NCBI RefSeq assembly: GCF_001194135.2
Contig: NC_068993.1
Location: 11,792,570 to 11,843,821 of the forward strand
Reading direction: 5' to 3'
Length of the DNA stretch: 51,252 bases
Origin: Octopus bimaculoides
Taxonomy: Eukaryota
A model generated the notes under the pieces. It was given only the letters and a program-made list of their open reading frames with translations. It ran no database searches and was not told the DNA's origin. A program made the translations under genes and the position numbers. Positions 12,378 through 24,829 of this stretch are shown here, one piece after another (within the stretch, counting starts at the first letter, position 1; the number at the start of each line of letters is the position of its first letter).

Positions 12378-13691
12378 GTAAGTTCTATGTTTCTCTGAAA
12401 GATGTAAGAGCTTATTATATTGAATTATTATTTTCTTACGTTGCATTTTTAAGTGGAATACTCTCCTGGAATGTGTAACGAGAACATACGCTACATAACC
12501 CTTTCTAAAAACTATACAGATATTATCTTTATCGGATAGTTACGTGTTAATCTACTACTGGATGTTGACCTTTAAACATGGATACAATGTATTACCGCTC
12601 AGAGGGTAAAAACCTTTGACCTTTTATACAGAAATATGTTACTCTACCGAATCCATGACCAACGATATTCTTTGTAAACAGAAATCCATCGTAGGAAAAA
12701 AAAGAAACATAGTATTCAATATAATCACGCTGTACTAAAACGAAACTGCATGTGGTTTTCATGAACAAATACCTCTGAACGTAGTTATTTAACTGCAGGC
12801 TGATCATTTGTTAGGTACATTATTTTGAAAGACTTAATAACGTAGCTATATTCATAGAGGTTGAAATTAATCACATCTAGTACATATTTATGGAGGTTAG
12901 ACTAGAATATAAGTTTATTAAATGAAATAAAAAACGTTTTGCAAGTCGTTGGCTAAGGATTTCTATTAAATGCAATTAATCTGCCCCCAGGAAAAATAGG
13001 CAGAATTGTTTTAATTTCTTACAACCACAGATATCTATTCCTACATTATTGTCTCTGTTGACTTACAGTCCATCTAGTCTAACACAAATTTCATTTCAGT
13101 CACACCAATGGAAGGAAATGTTATCAGCAACACGTGTTGATGAAACCCTGTTCAAATTTACAGTTCCGTTGCTAAACAGTTGATACAATGGCGCTATGAT
13201 ATCGACGTAGACTTGATTTGCACATCAATTAGACATCTTATATTTCAACACAGCGATTATATACGAACACCTAGCTGCCCAGTTGATTCTCTAATAAACA
13301 ATTAAATACCGAAATTCTTTAAATGAGCTACATATTCAATTCCGTCATGTAGTTCTCTGTATTTTGACTTTTGTTATACATACATATTTACATCCAATAT
13401 TCTTTTAACTTAAATATTGTAGAAAAGCAATTTTAATAGATTGTACTCAAGTTGAATCGGATAGTATTGTTCAAGCAATAATTCAAATGATAGAACAAGC
13501 ACTCAGGTGCGCTCGTATAACAAAAGAAGTCCGTTATTAAAATTCAGTGAGCTCAAATACGAAGACCTTCAAATAAATCCATATTCTGAAGGTGTTAAAT
13601 GGTCACATTCGATGCAAAGATATTGACGGATACTGATCTGTCAATTGTCAATTTTTAATAACTGGGATAATATTAATATATACAAATACTA

Positions 13692-13731
<40 letters not shown>

Positions 13732-14623
13732 TTGAATGTGTATGTTGATAAACACGTGCAAATATTTTGTCGTGAGTACATTTCATACAATTTAATGATG
13801 AAAAAATGTCGAGTTTTATATCATTCTATGTTTGTACGTTTTGTGTGTGAATCTTTTTTTTTCTGAGTGATTTGGAATAACATGTTATAATACTATATTA
13901 GTAGGAGCTCAACTAAACGTTATAACCTAAGGCAGCATGATGAAATATTTAGAGTTTGATAATGAAGGGAGAAGAAGAAACCAAACGTGAGACATTTAGA
14001 AAAATTACAAATCGATAGATGAATCGAAAAATGAAAGAAAGCAACTATTTTACATCAGAAAAAATGAAAGGAACTATTTAAAAAAAAAAAAAAATGTACT
14101 AAACACATCAAAATTCACAGAAAATTTCCTAAGAAAATATCCCGATAAAACAAATGGTGGTGGGATCTTAGATATTCTATGGGAAGTTTTTAAACATGAA
14201 ATAAAACAAAATATTAATTTTTTTTTGTCAAATTTTACTTTTTTATCATCCACAAGATATGGAAGAAGATGGAATAAAAGCTTAACGATGTTACGTTGTT
14301 GCATTCCTCAAGGTTATGGGATGTTTCTGCTGTTAGCATCTTGTGTGTATTCACACATGCACACATGCGTACACACACTGATACTTATATATGTATATAT
14401 ATATATATATATCTTATATATACACATATATGTGTGTGTATGCATTTATACTTTGTCTTTTCCTTTCTTAATTTAAATTTTCATTATTGAAAACAATCTT
14501 TACAATTTTATGTTTGCTTTATATTTTCATTTCAATTTTCATTCAATAGATTTATTTATATTAAGAACATCCTCCTTTCTCCACGGAAGACGAAAAACAA
14601 GAGCACTGGGAGGTTTAAGGGGG

Positions 14624-14624
<1 letters not shown>

Positions 14625-14710
<86 letters not shown>

Positions 14711-15012
14711 TAGTAGTAGCAGAAGAAGAAGAAGAAGAAGAAGAAGAAAAAGAAGAAGAAGAAGAAGAAGAAGAAGAAGAAGAAAGAAGAAGAAGAAGAA
14801 GAAGAAGACGAAAAGAAAAAGAAAAAGAAGAAGTAGTAGAAGAAGAAGGAGGATGAGGAGGAAGAGAAAAAGAAGAAGAAGATGAAGAAGAAGAAGAAAA
14901 CGCAGTACGACGACTTGAACAAAAAGATGATGATGATGCTGATGATGATAATGATGATGGTGAGGAGGAGGAGGAGGAGGAGGGGGATGATGATGATGAT
15001 GATGATGATGGA
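14625..15012. repeat. Compound trinucleotide array (AGT/AGC/AGA, then GAT/GAG)
   Basis: Direct read; source of the low-complexity minus-strand ORFs at 14539-15137. Confidence 0.95.
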
Positions 15013-16037
15013 GAAGCAAAAACCCAGGAGAAAATTAAGGAGGAGAAGAAATACAACCTGAAGAAGACAGGAATATGAGGAAGAAGAAGAACAAAAGAAA
15101 GAGAAGGAAGAAAACTAAATTTAAAGCAATAAAACATTGTTTGTGTAATCTTATACGTTTTTGTCTCATTTTTTTCTTTTTCTTTTTTTTTTTTNNNNNN
15201 NNNNNNNNNNNNNNNNNNNNNNNNNNNNNNNNNNNNNNNNNNNNNNNNNNNNNNNNNNNNNNNNNNNNNNNNNNNNNNNNNNNNNNNNNNNNNNNNNNNN
15301 NNNNNNNNNNNNNNNNNNNNNNNNNNNNNNNNNNNNNNNNNNNNNNNNNNNNNNNNNNNNNNNNNNNNNNNNNNNNNNNNNNNNNNNNNNNNNNNNNNNN
15401 NNNNNNNNNNNNNNNNNNNNNNNNNNNNNNNNNNNNNNNNNNNNNNNNNNNNNNNNNNNNNNNNNNNNNNNNNNNNNNNNNNNNNNNNNNNNNNNNNNNN
15501 NNNNNNNNNNNNNNNNNNNNNNNNNNNNNNNNNNNNNNNNNNNNNNNNNNNNNNNNNNNNNNNNNNNNNNNNNNNNNNNNNNNNNNNNNNNNNNNNNNNN
15601 NNNNNNNNNNNNNNNNNNNNNNNNNNNNNNNNNNNNNNNNNNNNNNNNNNNNNNNNNNNNNNNNNNNNNNNNNNNNNNNNNNNNNNNNNNNNNNNNNNNN
15701 NNNNNNNNNNNNNNNNNNNNNNNNNNNNNNNNNNNNNNNNNNNNNNNNNNNNNNNNNNNNNNNNNNNNNNNNNNNNNNNNNNNNNNNNNNNNNNNNNNNN
15801 NNNNNNNNNNNNNNNNNNNNNNNNNNNNNNNNNNNNNNNNNNNNNNNNNNNNNNNNNNNNNNNNNNNNNNNNNNNNNNNNNNNNNNNNNNNNNNNNNNNN
15901 NNNNNNNNNNNNNNNNNNNNNNNNNNNNNNNNNNNNNNNNNNNNNNNNNNNNNNNNNNNNNNNNNNNNNNNNNNNNNNNNNNNNNNNNNNNNNNNNNNNN
16001 NNNNNNNNNNNNNATATATTTATTGTATGCATGTATC

Positions 16038-16104
<67 letters not shown>

Positions 16105-17003
16105 CTCACACAGCCGAAGAAATATATGTAATTGTAACTCACAACTTATTTTCTCCAGTCTGAAACCTATTGAGGGAATTCATTTTCGGTAAATTCAGTG
16201 TCGAGCGAATGTATTTTAATAGAGCGAAAGTTAGCGGTGCGCAGGATGGGAGAAGCAAAACAAAGAACCACTTCCAGTTATGGAGCAAGAGACCGTAGCT
16301 AAGTTGGAAGCAATGTAGGGATGAGGCATAGTTATTTGGGCTCCACGGGTGACCTGTCAGCGGAGGGTGTTACATTTCGGGGCCAAAATAACCAATTGTC
16401 TTAGTATTTAGTTTCATGATATGGATTCATCCAAGAGGTGACTGTCACATCTAGCAAAGGTCAATGCAGAAAATGTACTTTTTTTCTTGTGTGACATAAC
16501 AATGTATGTCAGTAATAGATCTTCCAGCTGATGTAAAATATAATAGTACCGCCATATTTCATCTTATGTTACACAGTCGCATTAACTTTGTCTTAATCTA
16601 CATAATCGCCATGAAAACTAGAGTGCCACTTGACCTGCAAAACGTTAACCACTCGTAGTGACCGTATTTAGCAATCACTTCGCATCAACAATCAACTTAG
16701 TATTTTAGACTCCGTCAAATGATTCCTTTAGTATAGGAAGAAACGCTGGCCGTAGTACTGAATCTGAACCAATATAACTCTCAAACTACACCAATATCTA
16801 TATGTATCTCTAGAAGATCTGCATGTTTTACAGGGCAAAGGGAGCAAGGTTCGATATCACATATGTTCCACTTAAATAACGGCATTAAAAGTTAACAGTA
16901 CTCTACGTATCTAAGGATCGACTATTCCCTTTCTCAGTTTCTCTATTCCAAAAAATCACACTCATCATCTCCGTCCCCCTCTATCTCTCCTTTTCTTCAC
17001 GCA

Positions 17004-17039
<36 letters not shown>

Positions 17040-17150
17040 GACACACACACACATACACACACATATGTATGTTTATGTATGTATGTATGTATGTATTTTA
17101 TGAATGTATGTATGTAATTTATGTATGTATGTATGCATGTATGTATGTAT
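17004..17150. repeat. (CA)n and (TATG)n microsatellites
   Basis: Direct read. Confidence 0.9.
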
Positions 17151-18107
17151 ATACAACCGTGTAGCATGCGCGTATGCATTAGACTCAAACTGTGTTGCTA
17201 TGTGTCTTATGTAAAATATTGTAAAAATCTTAAGTTTCATTTTCATAGGAAACTTAAGATTCTATTCATGGAATAATTGAATGGAAAACTACAGCGATAA
17301 AAACAAAAATATATATATATAAAATGAAAATTTTACTAGATGTAATATCTTGTCATGTATTGATCTAGTCTGTCATATAAAAATCATATTTTATCAACAA
17401 TCATTAACCGGTTGCTTAGTTACATCTTCCTCAAAATTATGTCAGTTGACAACAAAACTGTTACTACGATGTGAATGGTATCTGAGAAACGTATTGTTTG
17501 AATAATTATATATATANNNNNNNNNNNNNNNNNNNNNNNNNNNNNNNNNNNNNNNNNNNNNNNNNNNNNNNNNNNNNNNNNNNNNNNNNNNNNNNNNNNN
17601 NNNNNNNNNNNNNNNNNNNNNNNNNNNNNNNNNNNNNNNNNNNNNNNNNNNNNNNNNNNNNNNNNNNNNNNNNNNNNNNNNNNNNNNNNNNNNNNNNNNN
17701 NNNNNNNNNNNNNNNNNNNNNNNNNNNNNNNNNNNNNNNNNNNNNNNNNNNNNNNNNNNNNNNNNNNNNNNNNNNNNNNNNNNNNNNNNNNNNNNNNNNN
17801 NNNNNNNNNNNNNNNNNNNNNNNNNNNNNNNNNNNNNNNNNNNNNNNNNNNNNNNNNNNNNNNNNNNNNNNNNNNNNNNNNNNNNNNNNNNNNNNNNNNN
17901 NNNNNNNNNNNNNNNNNNNNNNNNNNNNNNNNNNNNNNNNNNNNNNNNNNNNNNNNNNNNNNNNNNNNNNNNNNNNNNNNNNNNNNNNNNNNNNNNNNNN
18001 NNNNNNNNNNNNNNNNNNNNNNNNNNNNNNNNNNNNNNNNNNNNNNNNNNNNNNNNNNNNNNNNNNNNNNNNNNNNNNNNNNNNNNNNNNNNATATATAT
18101 ATATATA

Positions 18108-19268
18108 GGGCGCGTAAAATTACCGAGATCCATGGACGAGTTTTCCCCAGGGGTTTTTGTCCCTCATCATCACTGCTATGTTCTCCGTCTCCCAGTGTTC
18201 TCCCTTCGGGCATCAACGTATGTCAGCTTCGGTCTCCGTCTTGTGGTGTATCCATGTAGAGGCCTCCCTCTGGTGCACTCAGTGCCGTATCAACTCTATA
18301 TGACGGTAAGCATGTCCAGCTAATCTCAGCCTCCTTTGTGTTATTTTCGAGATAAATTTTAGGAGAGTCTTCTCAGTGTATATTGATTAATATTCACAGC
18401 CATCCTCAACATTCTCGTGTAGCACTCATCCACCATCCGAGTGAGATTTTTGGTCAGTGTCCAACACTGAGGCCCGTACAAGAGCACATCTCCCTTGCAG
18501 CAACGAAGATATAGCTATTCAGGTCTTTACGAAGGTTCAAATTTCCACACAGATCCAGAAATAGTAGCCGCCGCCAAGGCTTTGTTCCTACACTGAATCA
18601 TATCACCCTCTGTGTTACTAATCTTTGTTCCCAGTTACAAGAATTCCTCATCCATCTCTAGTGGCTTCCCGCCAACATTCATAGTCTTCTATGGTATCTT
18701 AATATTCTCTACCAGATATTTTGTCTTAATCCCATTCAACTTTAGCCCCAAAATCATCGCCACAGTCTCTAGCTCCTGCATCACCTCCTCTGCCTCCCTC
18801 ACTGTGATTGCCACCTGAACTATGTCATCAGCAAGATCAGCATCTGATATCTATTTAGCCTTGACCCTCTGCTATGAGCCGACGATACAGTAAAGCCAGT
18901 GTCCTGGTGTTTCTCCAATGCAAGGCGCATACAATAGTGCGCCACAATAATAAAAAGGTAGGCAACCATTATATCTCCCTGGATCACACAAGCCAATATC
19001 TCAAAGAAATCTGTCACCCCGTCAGGTGTAATGACTTGGGCTCTGATGTTCGTGTAGAGCAGTGATATCAAGTCCACTATCTTCTTGGAGAATTCATAAT
19101 CCCGTACGATCTTCATCGGGCGTTCACGGTCCACAGAATCAGAGGTCTTCTTAAAGTCAATGAAAACCATTGACAGCAGGAAGACTCTAAGCTATAACAC
19201 CCTCTAATTGCTTCGTTTGCATTAGGATGTGACTGTGACTGGTTGTTGATCTTCCTTCCATGAAGCCG
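18108..19268 (-). mobile_element. 5'-truncated, decayed RTE-clade LINE (reverse transcriptase through 3' end)
   Basis: Translations GFMEGRSTT, FIDFKKTSDSV, QGD, (D)LADD, LYGPQCWTLTK, RLAGHAYRH follow in the order of LINE RT and RTE C-terminal motifs; frameshifts and stops present; (TA)n on both sides. Confidence 0.92.
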
Positions 19269-20518
19269 TATATATATATATATNNNNNNNNNNNNNNNNN
19301 NNNNNNNNNNNNNNNNNNNNNNNNNNNNNNNNNNNNNNNNNNNNNNNNNNNNNNNNNNNNNNNNNNNNNNNNNNNNNNNNNNNNNNNNNNNNNNNNNNNN
19401 NNNNNNNNNNNNNNNNNNNNNNNNNNNNNNNNNNNNNNNNNNNNNNNNNNNNNNNNNNTATATATATTACTACAGTTACGACGACGAAAAAAACGCATAA
19501 GATGACAAAATATTTATGTTTATTCACTAAGAAGTTCTTACAATTTCCAGTTGGTAGTAATCATGTGCAGCATTATTTCATTTTTACAAGTCACGAGCAG
19601 GATATAACATGCTATTCCTTAATTAATATGAAATGGCACATATCATGAAGGAAGAAAATAATTGCAATTCAGAGGAAGTTCTGGGAGTTTTTTTTTTAAA
19701 TTTATTTTTTTATCTGCAGTAAATTAGCAATAAGTAACATAGAGAAATGAAAGGACGTACATGTGTGGTGTTTACATAGAGAATATCAATTTTTTTCCAC
19801 GAGACTTCTACCTTGTGAATAAGTCGTACAGTAGCGGTTAATTACGTCTTTAGTTACAAACAACTCAACAAGCCGTTTCCCGATGTTTTCTAAGAAGAAT
19901 ACGCAATATTTCCCAGCCGTCTTCTCATGTTAGTAATACATACTTGCATACAAGTACATACATACTACATATATGCATACATATATATACAAACAAAAAT
20001 ACCATGTTGTTGATGTTGAAGTCGCAATGAATGCCCTTTTTAAACATTAAGGATGCTCTTAAAAGTTTAAGTGCGATATACGGAATAAATCTGGGTTACG
20101 TAAAAAGGTATAGCAAATAAATAAAGTGTTTTTATGTACGGCCCGAGCTATGTATGCGTTAATATAATTAAAACCAATCAACTCGGGTAGAAAAGACTAA
20201 ATCGCTCGAATAATCGTATATATGTTAATGACGGCCCTAGTATTTGGTATGTTAGTAGTGATCTAGCTTTAATGTGAATATATCAAAGAGAATTATAGCT
20301 CCGGGTGTACACGTTCATTTAAGGTAAGTCATTTGCTTAATCGGTGAAATTTAATATAATTGTGATTTATAATATGAAATCGTGCTCTGTGGTAAGGAGA
20401 TGGGTCAAGGGAGGTGTTGAGAGGTTTGACAAGTCAGCTAATAACCTAATGAAGGAATATTAGCGGTATTTAGAGAATAAGAATTCATCTTTATGTAAGA
20501 ATGTTATTTGTCTCGTCT

Positions 20519-20578
<60 letters not shown>

Positions 20579-21319
20579 ATATATAGATGTATGTGTGTGT
20601 GTGTGTGTATATGCAATTCTATGGATGTGCGAATATGCAATATATGTATGGCTACATATGTGTGCGCGGAACCCTACCTATGCGTAAACAATCATTCATT
20701 GAGCGGTATCACTTTGTTTATGTAATATTATATCATAGTGCAAAATCCATTGTAAATCGATATAATGAAATGAACAATAAACTTAGTACATTTTGCATGA
20801 AAATACATTAGCATTGTATTTGTAAGGATTTATACTCAGTTTTAAGTTATATATAAGGGAATTCACGAGATATCTGTACTAACGTCATACACCCGAAACA
20901 AGAGTCTTTGAAATACGCCTAATATAGTGTTTGAGTATATAAACTAGAATTGCATGCTTTCAACTCCTTGGCGCTTTTGATGGACGCAACATATGGCCTT
21001 TCAATATATATGTGTATTTATATATATTATACATACATATACATATACATATACATATGTGTGTGTGTTTGTGTATGTGTGCGTTTGTGTATGTGTGTGT
21101 CTGTGTGAAAATTATATATATGGATATGTATATTTATATAAATTTAAACAAGTTCAATTCTGTATTTGTGCTTGCGTGTATGGAAGCAACATAAGCGCAT
21201 ACAAAATATATTTATTGTAATATGATTTGATTCGTTTTCCTATGTCACACGACTTACATTATGTTGTGTATATAAATTTCTGCCTTCAACTCTCTCAATC
21301 CCTCACTCATGCTCCTTGT

Positions 21320-21432
21320 TTCTCTTTCTCTCTCTCCCTCTCTCTCTCTCTCCCTCTCTCTCTCTCTCCCTCTCCCTCTCTCTCTCCCTCTCTCTCTCCC
21401 TCTCTCCCTCTCCCTCTCTCTCTCTCTCTCTC
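21320..21432. repeat. (TC)n/(TCCC) low-complexity tract
   Basis: Direct read. Confidence 0.9.
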
Positions 21433-21651
21433 CATATATATATATGTATGCATATATATATATANNNNNNNNNNNNNNNNNNNNNNNNNNNNNNNNNNNN
21501 NNNNNNNNNNNNNNNNNNNNNNNNNNNNNNNNNNNNNNNNNNNNNNNNNNNNNNNNNNNNNNNNNNNNNNNNNNNNNNNNNNNNNNNNNNNNNNNNNNNN
21601 NNNNNNNNNNNNNNNNNNNNNNNNNNNNNNNNNNNNNNNNNNNNNNNNNNN

Positions 21652-21810
21652 AGTGGCTGTGTGGTAAGTAGCTCGCTTACCAACCACATGGTCTCAGGTT
21701 CAGTCTCACTGCGTGGCACCTTGGGGAAGTGTCTTCTACTATAGCCTCGGGCCGGCCAAAGTCTTGTGAGTGGCTTTGGTAGACGAAAACTGGAAGAAGC
21801 CCGTCGCATA
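21652..21810 (+). mobile_element. Family A SINE 5' half, well preserved
   Basis: tggctgtgtggtaagtagctcgcttaccaaccacatggtctcaggttcagtctcactgcgtggcaccttggggaagtgtcttctactatagcctcggg...gaagcccgtcg. Confidence 0.93.
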
Positions 21811-21813
21811 TGC

Positions 21814-21850
<37 letters not shown>

Positions 21851-21859
21851 ATATATATA

Positions 21860-21882
21860 TACGAGGGCCGTATGAAAAGTGT
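21860..21882 (+). mobile_element. Solitary mariner-like terminal inverted repeat stub
   Basis: TA followed by CGAGGGCCGTATGAAAAGT at the edge of a (TA)n tract; resembles the 44595 TIR start (TACGAG...AAAA); no partner TIR seen. Confidence 0.45.
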
Positions 21883-22099
21883 AAACCGTTCAAAGTATTA
21901 CACCTTATGACAGAATTCCAATAACAAGCATGTAAAAGATGTATAATTTGTGTGCGCGCCCGTGTGTGTTTGGAGGAGATTATGTGCATTGAAACATAAA
22001 TGCATAAATTAAAGAATAAATAATATGAATAAATAAATACATACAAACAAAGGGACATGCACACCTGGATGTCAGTCGCTCAGTATAGCAAAAATAGTC

Positions 22100-22990
22100 T
22101 ATGAATGTTTATGTTTCTTGAAGACCTGAAGAAGACAATAATATTCCCATGAATCGAAGCTCCTCTTGCACTCGTGAACGATACTTCACATCGCACTTTA
22201 AAGGTTTTGCACTTACAATCCATTAAGAGAGAATCGCTGCTGAATACTTAAACAAAATAGAGAGCGAAATATTTGGAGCTCTATAATGCAATCGAAAATG
22301 TAGATCATGCCATGTGCACGTGATTAGCAGCTGCCGATAAATGTCATCAAGTTACAACCTCCTTCTGCGACGTTGTCGCAAAAAGCAATATTCAATGCTA
22401 TCCGGAAAAAAAAAAGACTGCTCCGGAATATATTTAGAGAAACACCACTTCCTGAATATGTACACTACAATCAACACAAGGTAAATGAGTGGGACATTGA
22501 AACCAAAATGTCTACCGAGTACAATCATAACAGGCTGTATATTGTTATTTGGGGCAGAGAAGAATATTTATGTACCGTAATCGAGTTCATCTACCCTGTA
22601 GATGTGAATATCTCTTTGAAACAAATAAAAAGAGAATAATTATCAACAACTGCTTCGAAACGTGCAGCTATCTATGTCCGAATTCCGAATTTACATTTAT
22701 ACCAATAATAATGGTTTCTCTGATTTTTTCTGCTGAAATCGCTAACTAACATTGTAGATAACCTTGGATTTTCAGAATGAGAAATTAACCAACAAACTCG
22801 CACGTTAAAAATACAACCAGCAAGTGGAACAGTAGATATATGCAAGACTATTCTCAAATTTAAAATGTGATATTTTGTATGTTATCTACATTCCAACGAC
22901 AGAGCTATGTATCTTTGGTTGAAACTAGCACCTTCCTCAGACGATGAATTTAAATGATTAGAAACAGAAGAGGACATACAGGCTTCCATA
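22100..22990 (+). mobile_element. Possible decayed Penelope-like element 3' half (linker and GIY-YIG remnant)
   Basis: LLRNIFRETPLPEY resembles the PLE L-x-x-IF-x-x-xPL-x-x-Y linker; LC..EFIY / PCRCEYLFETNKKRI resembles the C-x-x-x-x-IY...CPC..YxGET GIY-YIG motif across a frameshift. Confidence 0.4.
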
Positions 22991-23999
22991 CATAAATACA
23001 TACATACATAAATACATACATACATACACACACATATAATATGAAATACGAGAACAGGATTCAAATTGCCAAGGGGGATAAATCAGTAAATATATACATA
23101 TATTTGTCTATATGTATTAACATATACAGATATGCGGTTATATATGTCTGTGTCTGGGTGTGTCTGTGCATAGGTGTATCTTTGTGTGCATTACTCTGCA
23201 GATGACTGAGATTGGAGTGAAAGCTTTTTCCTACTCTGATGCAATCATTATATTCACGTCACTGACTGTACCGTTTATTTCATTTTTGATGAAGATACAA
23301 CTTTAAAATTACATTTACCCACATACATATTTATGCATACATAGACACAAATACACAATAAAGATCGTATGTGTGTTCGTGCGTGTACGTATCAAAATTT
23401 GTTGTCTTACTAAGATTTTGACTTCGCAAGCGATCGATGGCAACAAGTAGAAATATGAAAGTCTATTTTGTATTAGTCCCTAGTCGCTATTATTATATAA
23501 CATCTATTATTTCACTTTCTACTGCTACACTCCAATCCTCATTGCTTTAGGTTCTACAAGTACAAAATCTATTACATCTAAGTTAAAAATTTGCTCTCTT
23601 TTTTTTTCGTTTTTCATTTTATATCTTCTTTTTATAGACTAAGTATGATATTTAAAAATTGTATTTTCGTTTGTCATGAACATTTGTCATACAGAAAGTA
23701 AAAGGAAACAACACAGAATTATATAGTAAATAAATAAACAAATAATATGATCTCGAAATATAAACGAAGTTATACTGAAATAAAATTTTATAAAACTTTC
23801 AAACATTTTCCATTGCTTACACATCGTAATGCCAGTGGATTTATTTTTAAATTTAATTTTTATGAGTCATATTTCTATTTCAGTTACCAAACGTTATATC
23901 GATGGAAAAACAGACTATGTGTATGTATATATGTATTTATTTATGTATAGAATTGTGTTTGTATGTGTAGGTATGCAACTTTCTCTCTACCCGCTCTGC

Positions 24000-24071
24000 G
24001 TATACATACATACATACATATATATATGTATGCGTATATATATGTGCATGTATGTATATATGTATATATAG

Positions 24072-24126
<55 letters not shown>

Positions 24127-24337
24127 TAAGAATATTACAGTTATATATGCTCATACAATATTAATGTTTACATAATAATGTACATTTCTCTAACTCTTTG
24201 TATATGTATGTATATATATATATATATATGTGTGTGTTTGTGTGTGTGTGTGTGTGTTTGTGTGTGTGTGTACCTGTGTGTGTGTGTGTCTGCGTGTGTG
24301 TGTGTACGTGTGTGTTTCTGCGTTTTTGTGTGTGTGT
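24000..24337. repeat. (TA)n, (TATG) and (TG)n microsatellite cluster
   Basis: Direct read. Confidence 0.9.
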
Positions 24338-24609
24338 CTAACTAGCCTAAAAGCACAGGTAGCTCCTGTGGAGGGCTTTCCACTGGGCCTTGAGCCTAGT
24401 AATGACACTTCATACATTGAGTACATATTAAATTTTATTAAACTTGACCAATATTTTTCAAACAATGAACAATTTTCATCAAAACAATGATATATGTAGA
24501 CTTGGAACTTATTGCAAACCTGTATGATACACATATTTTGTATTCTCATTCGAAGAGCTGTACAGTTTTTTCTGTCTAACTTCTTTCTTTCTCTCTCTTC
24601 TCCTGTTGA

Positions 24610-24829
24610 TTGTTTTCCACTATCACCATCACCAGTACCACCAACATCGCCACCACAACTACAATACGCACACCATTCAGACTTCTGACGCCACCAACAT
24701 CAACATCATTGACTTCGCCGCCTTCCCCTCGACCACCATCACCATTGTATTTCTCATCCCTTCCTATCACCGGCATGCTTGAGCGCCTCAGCTAACACCA
24801 CCGCCACCACCACCACCACCACCACCACC
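24610..24829. repeat. Degenerate (ACC)n low-complexity tract running into a gap
   Basis: Direct read. Confidence 0.85.

Noticed and set aside
12592-12807. 71-aa minus-strand ORF
   Set aside because: No recognisable domain, no AG after its pyrimidine tract, and it overlaps an alternative + candidate.
21652-21720. tRNA-like heads (also 35911 and 41810-41868) as tRNA genes
   Set aside because: They run into SINE bodies and lack a closable acceptor stem or intact cloverleaf.
24610-24829. Thr/Pro-rich mucin-like ORF
   Set aside because: Explained by a degenerate (ACC)n repeat running into a gap.
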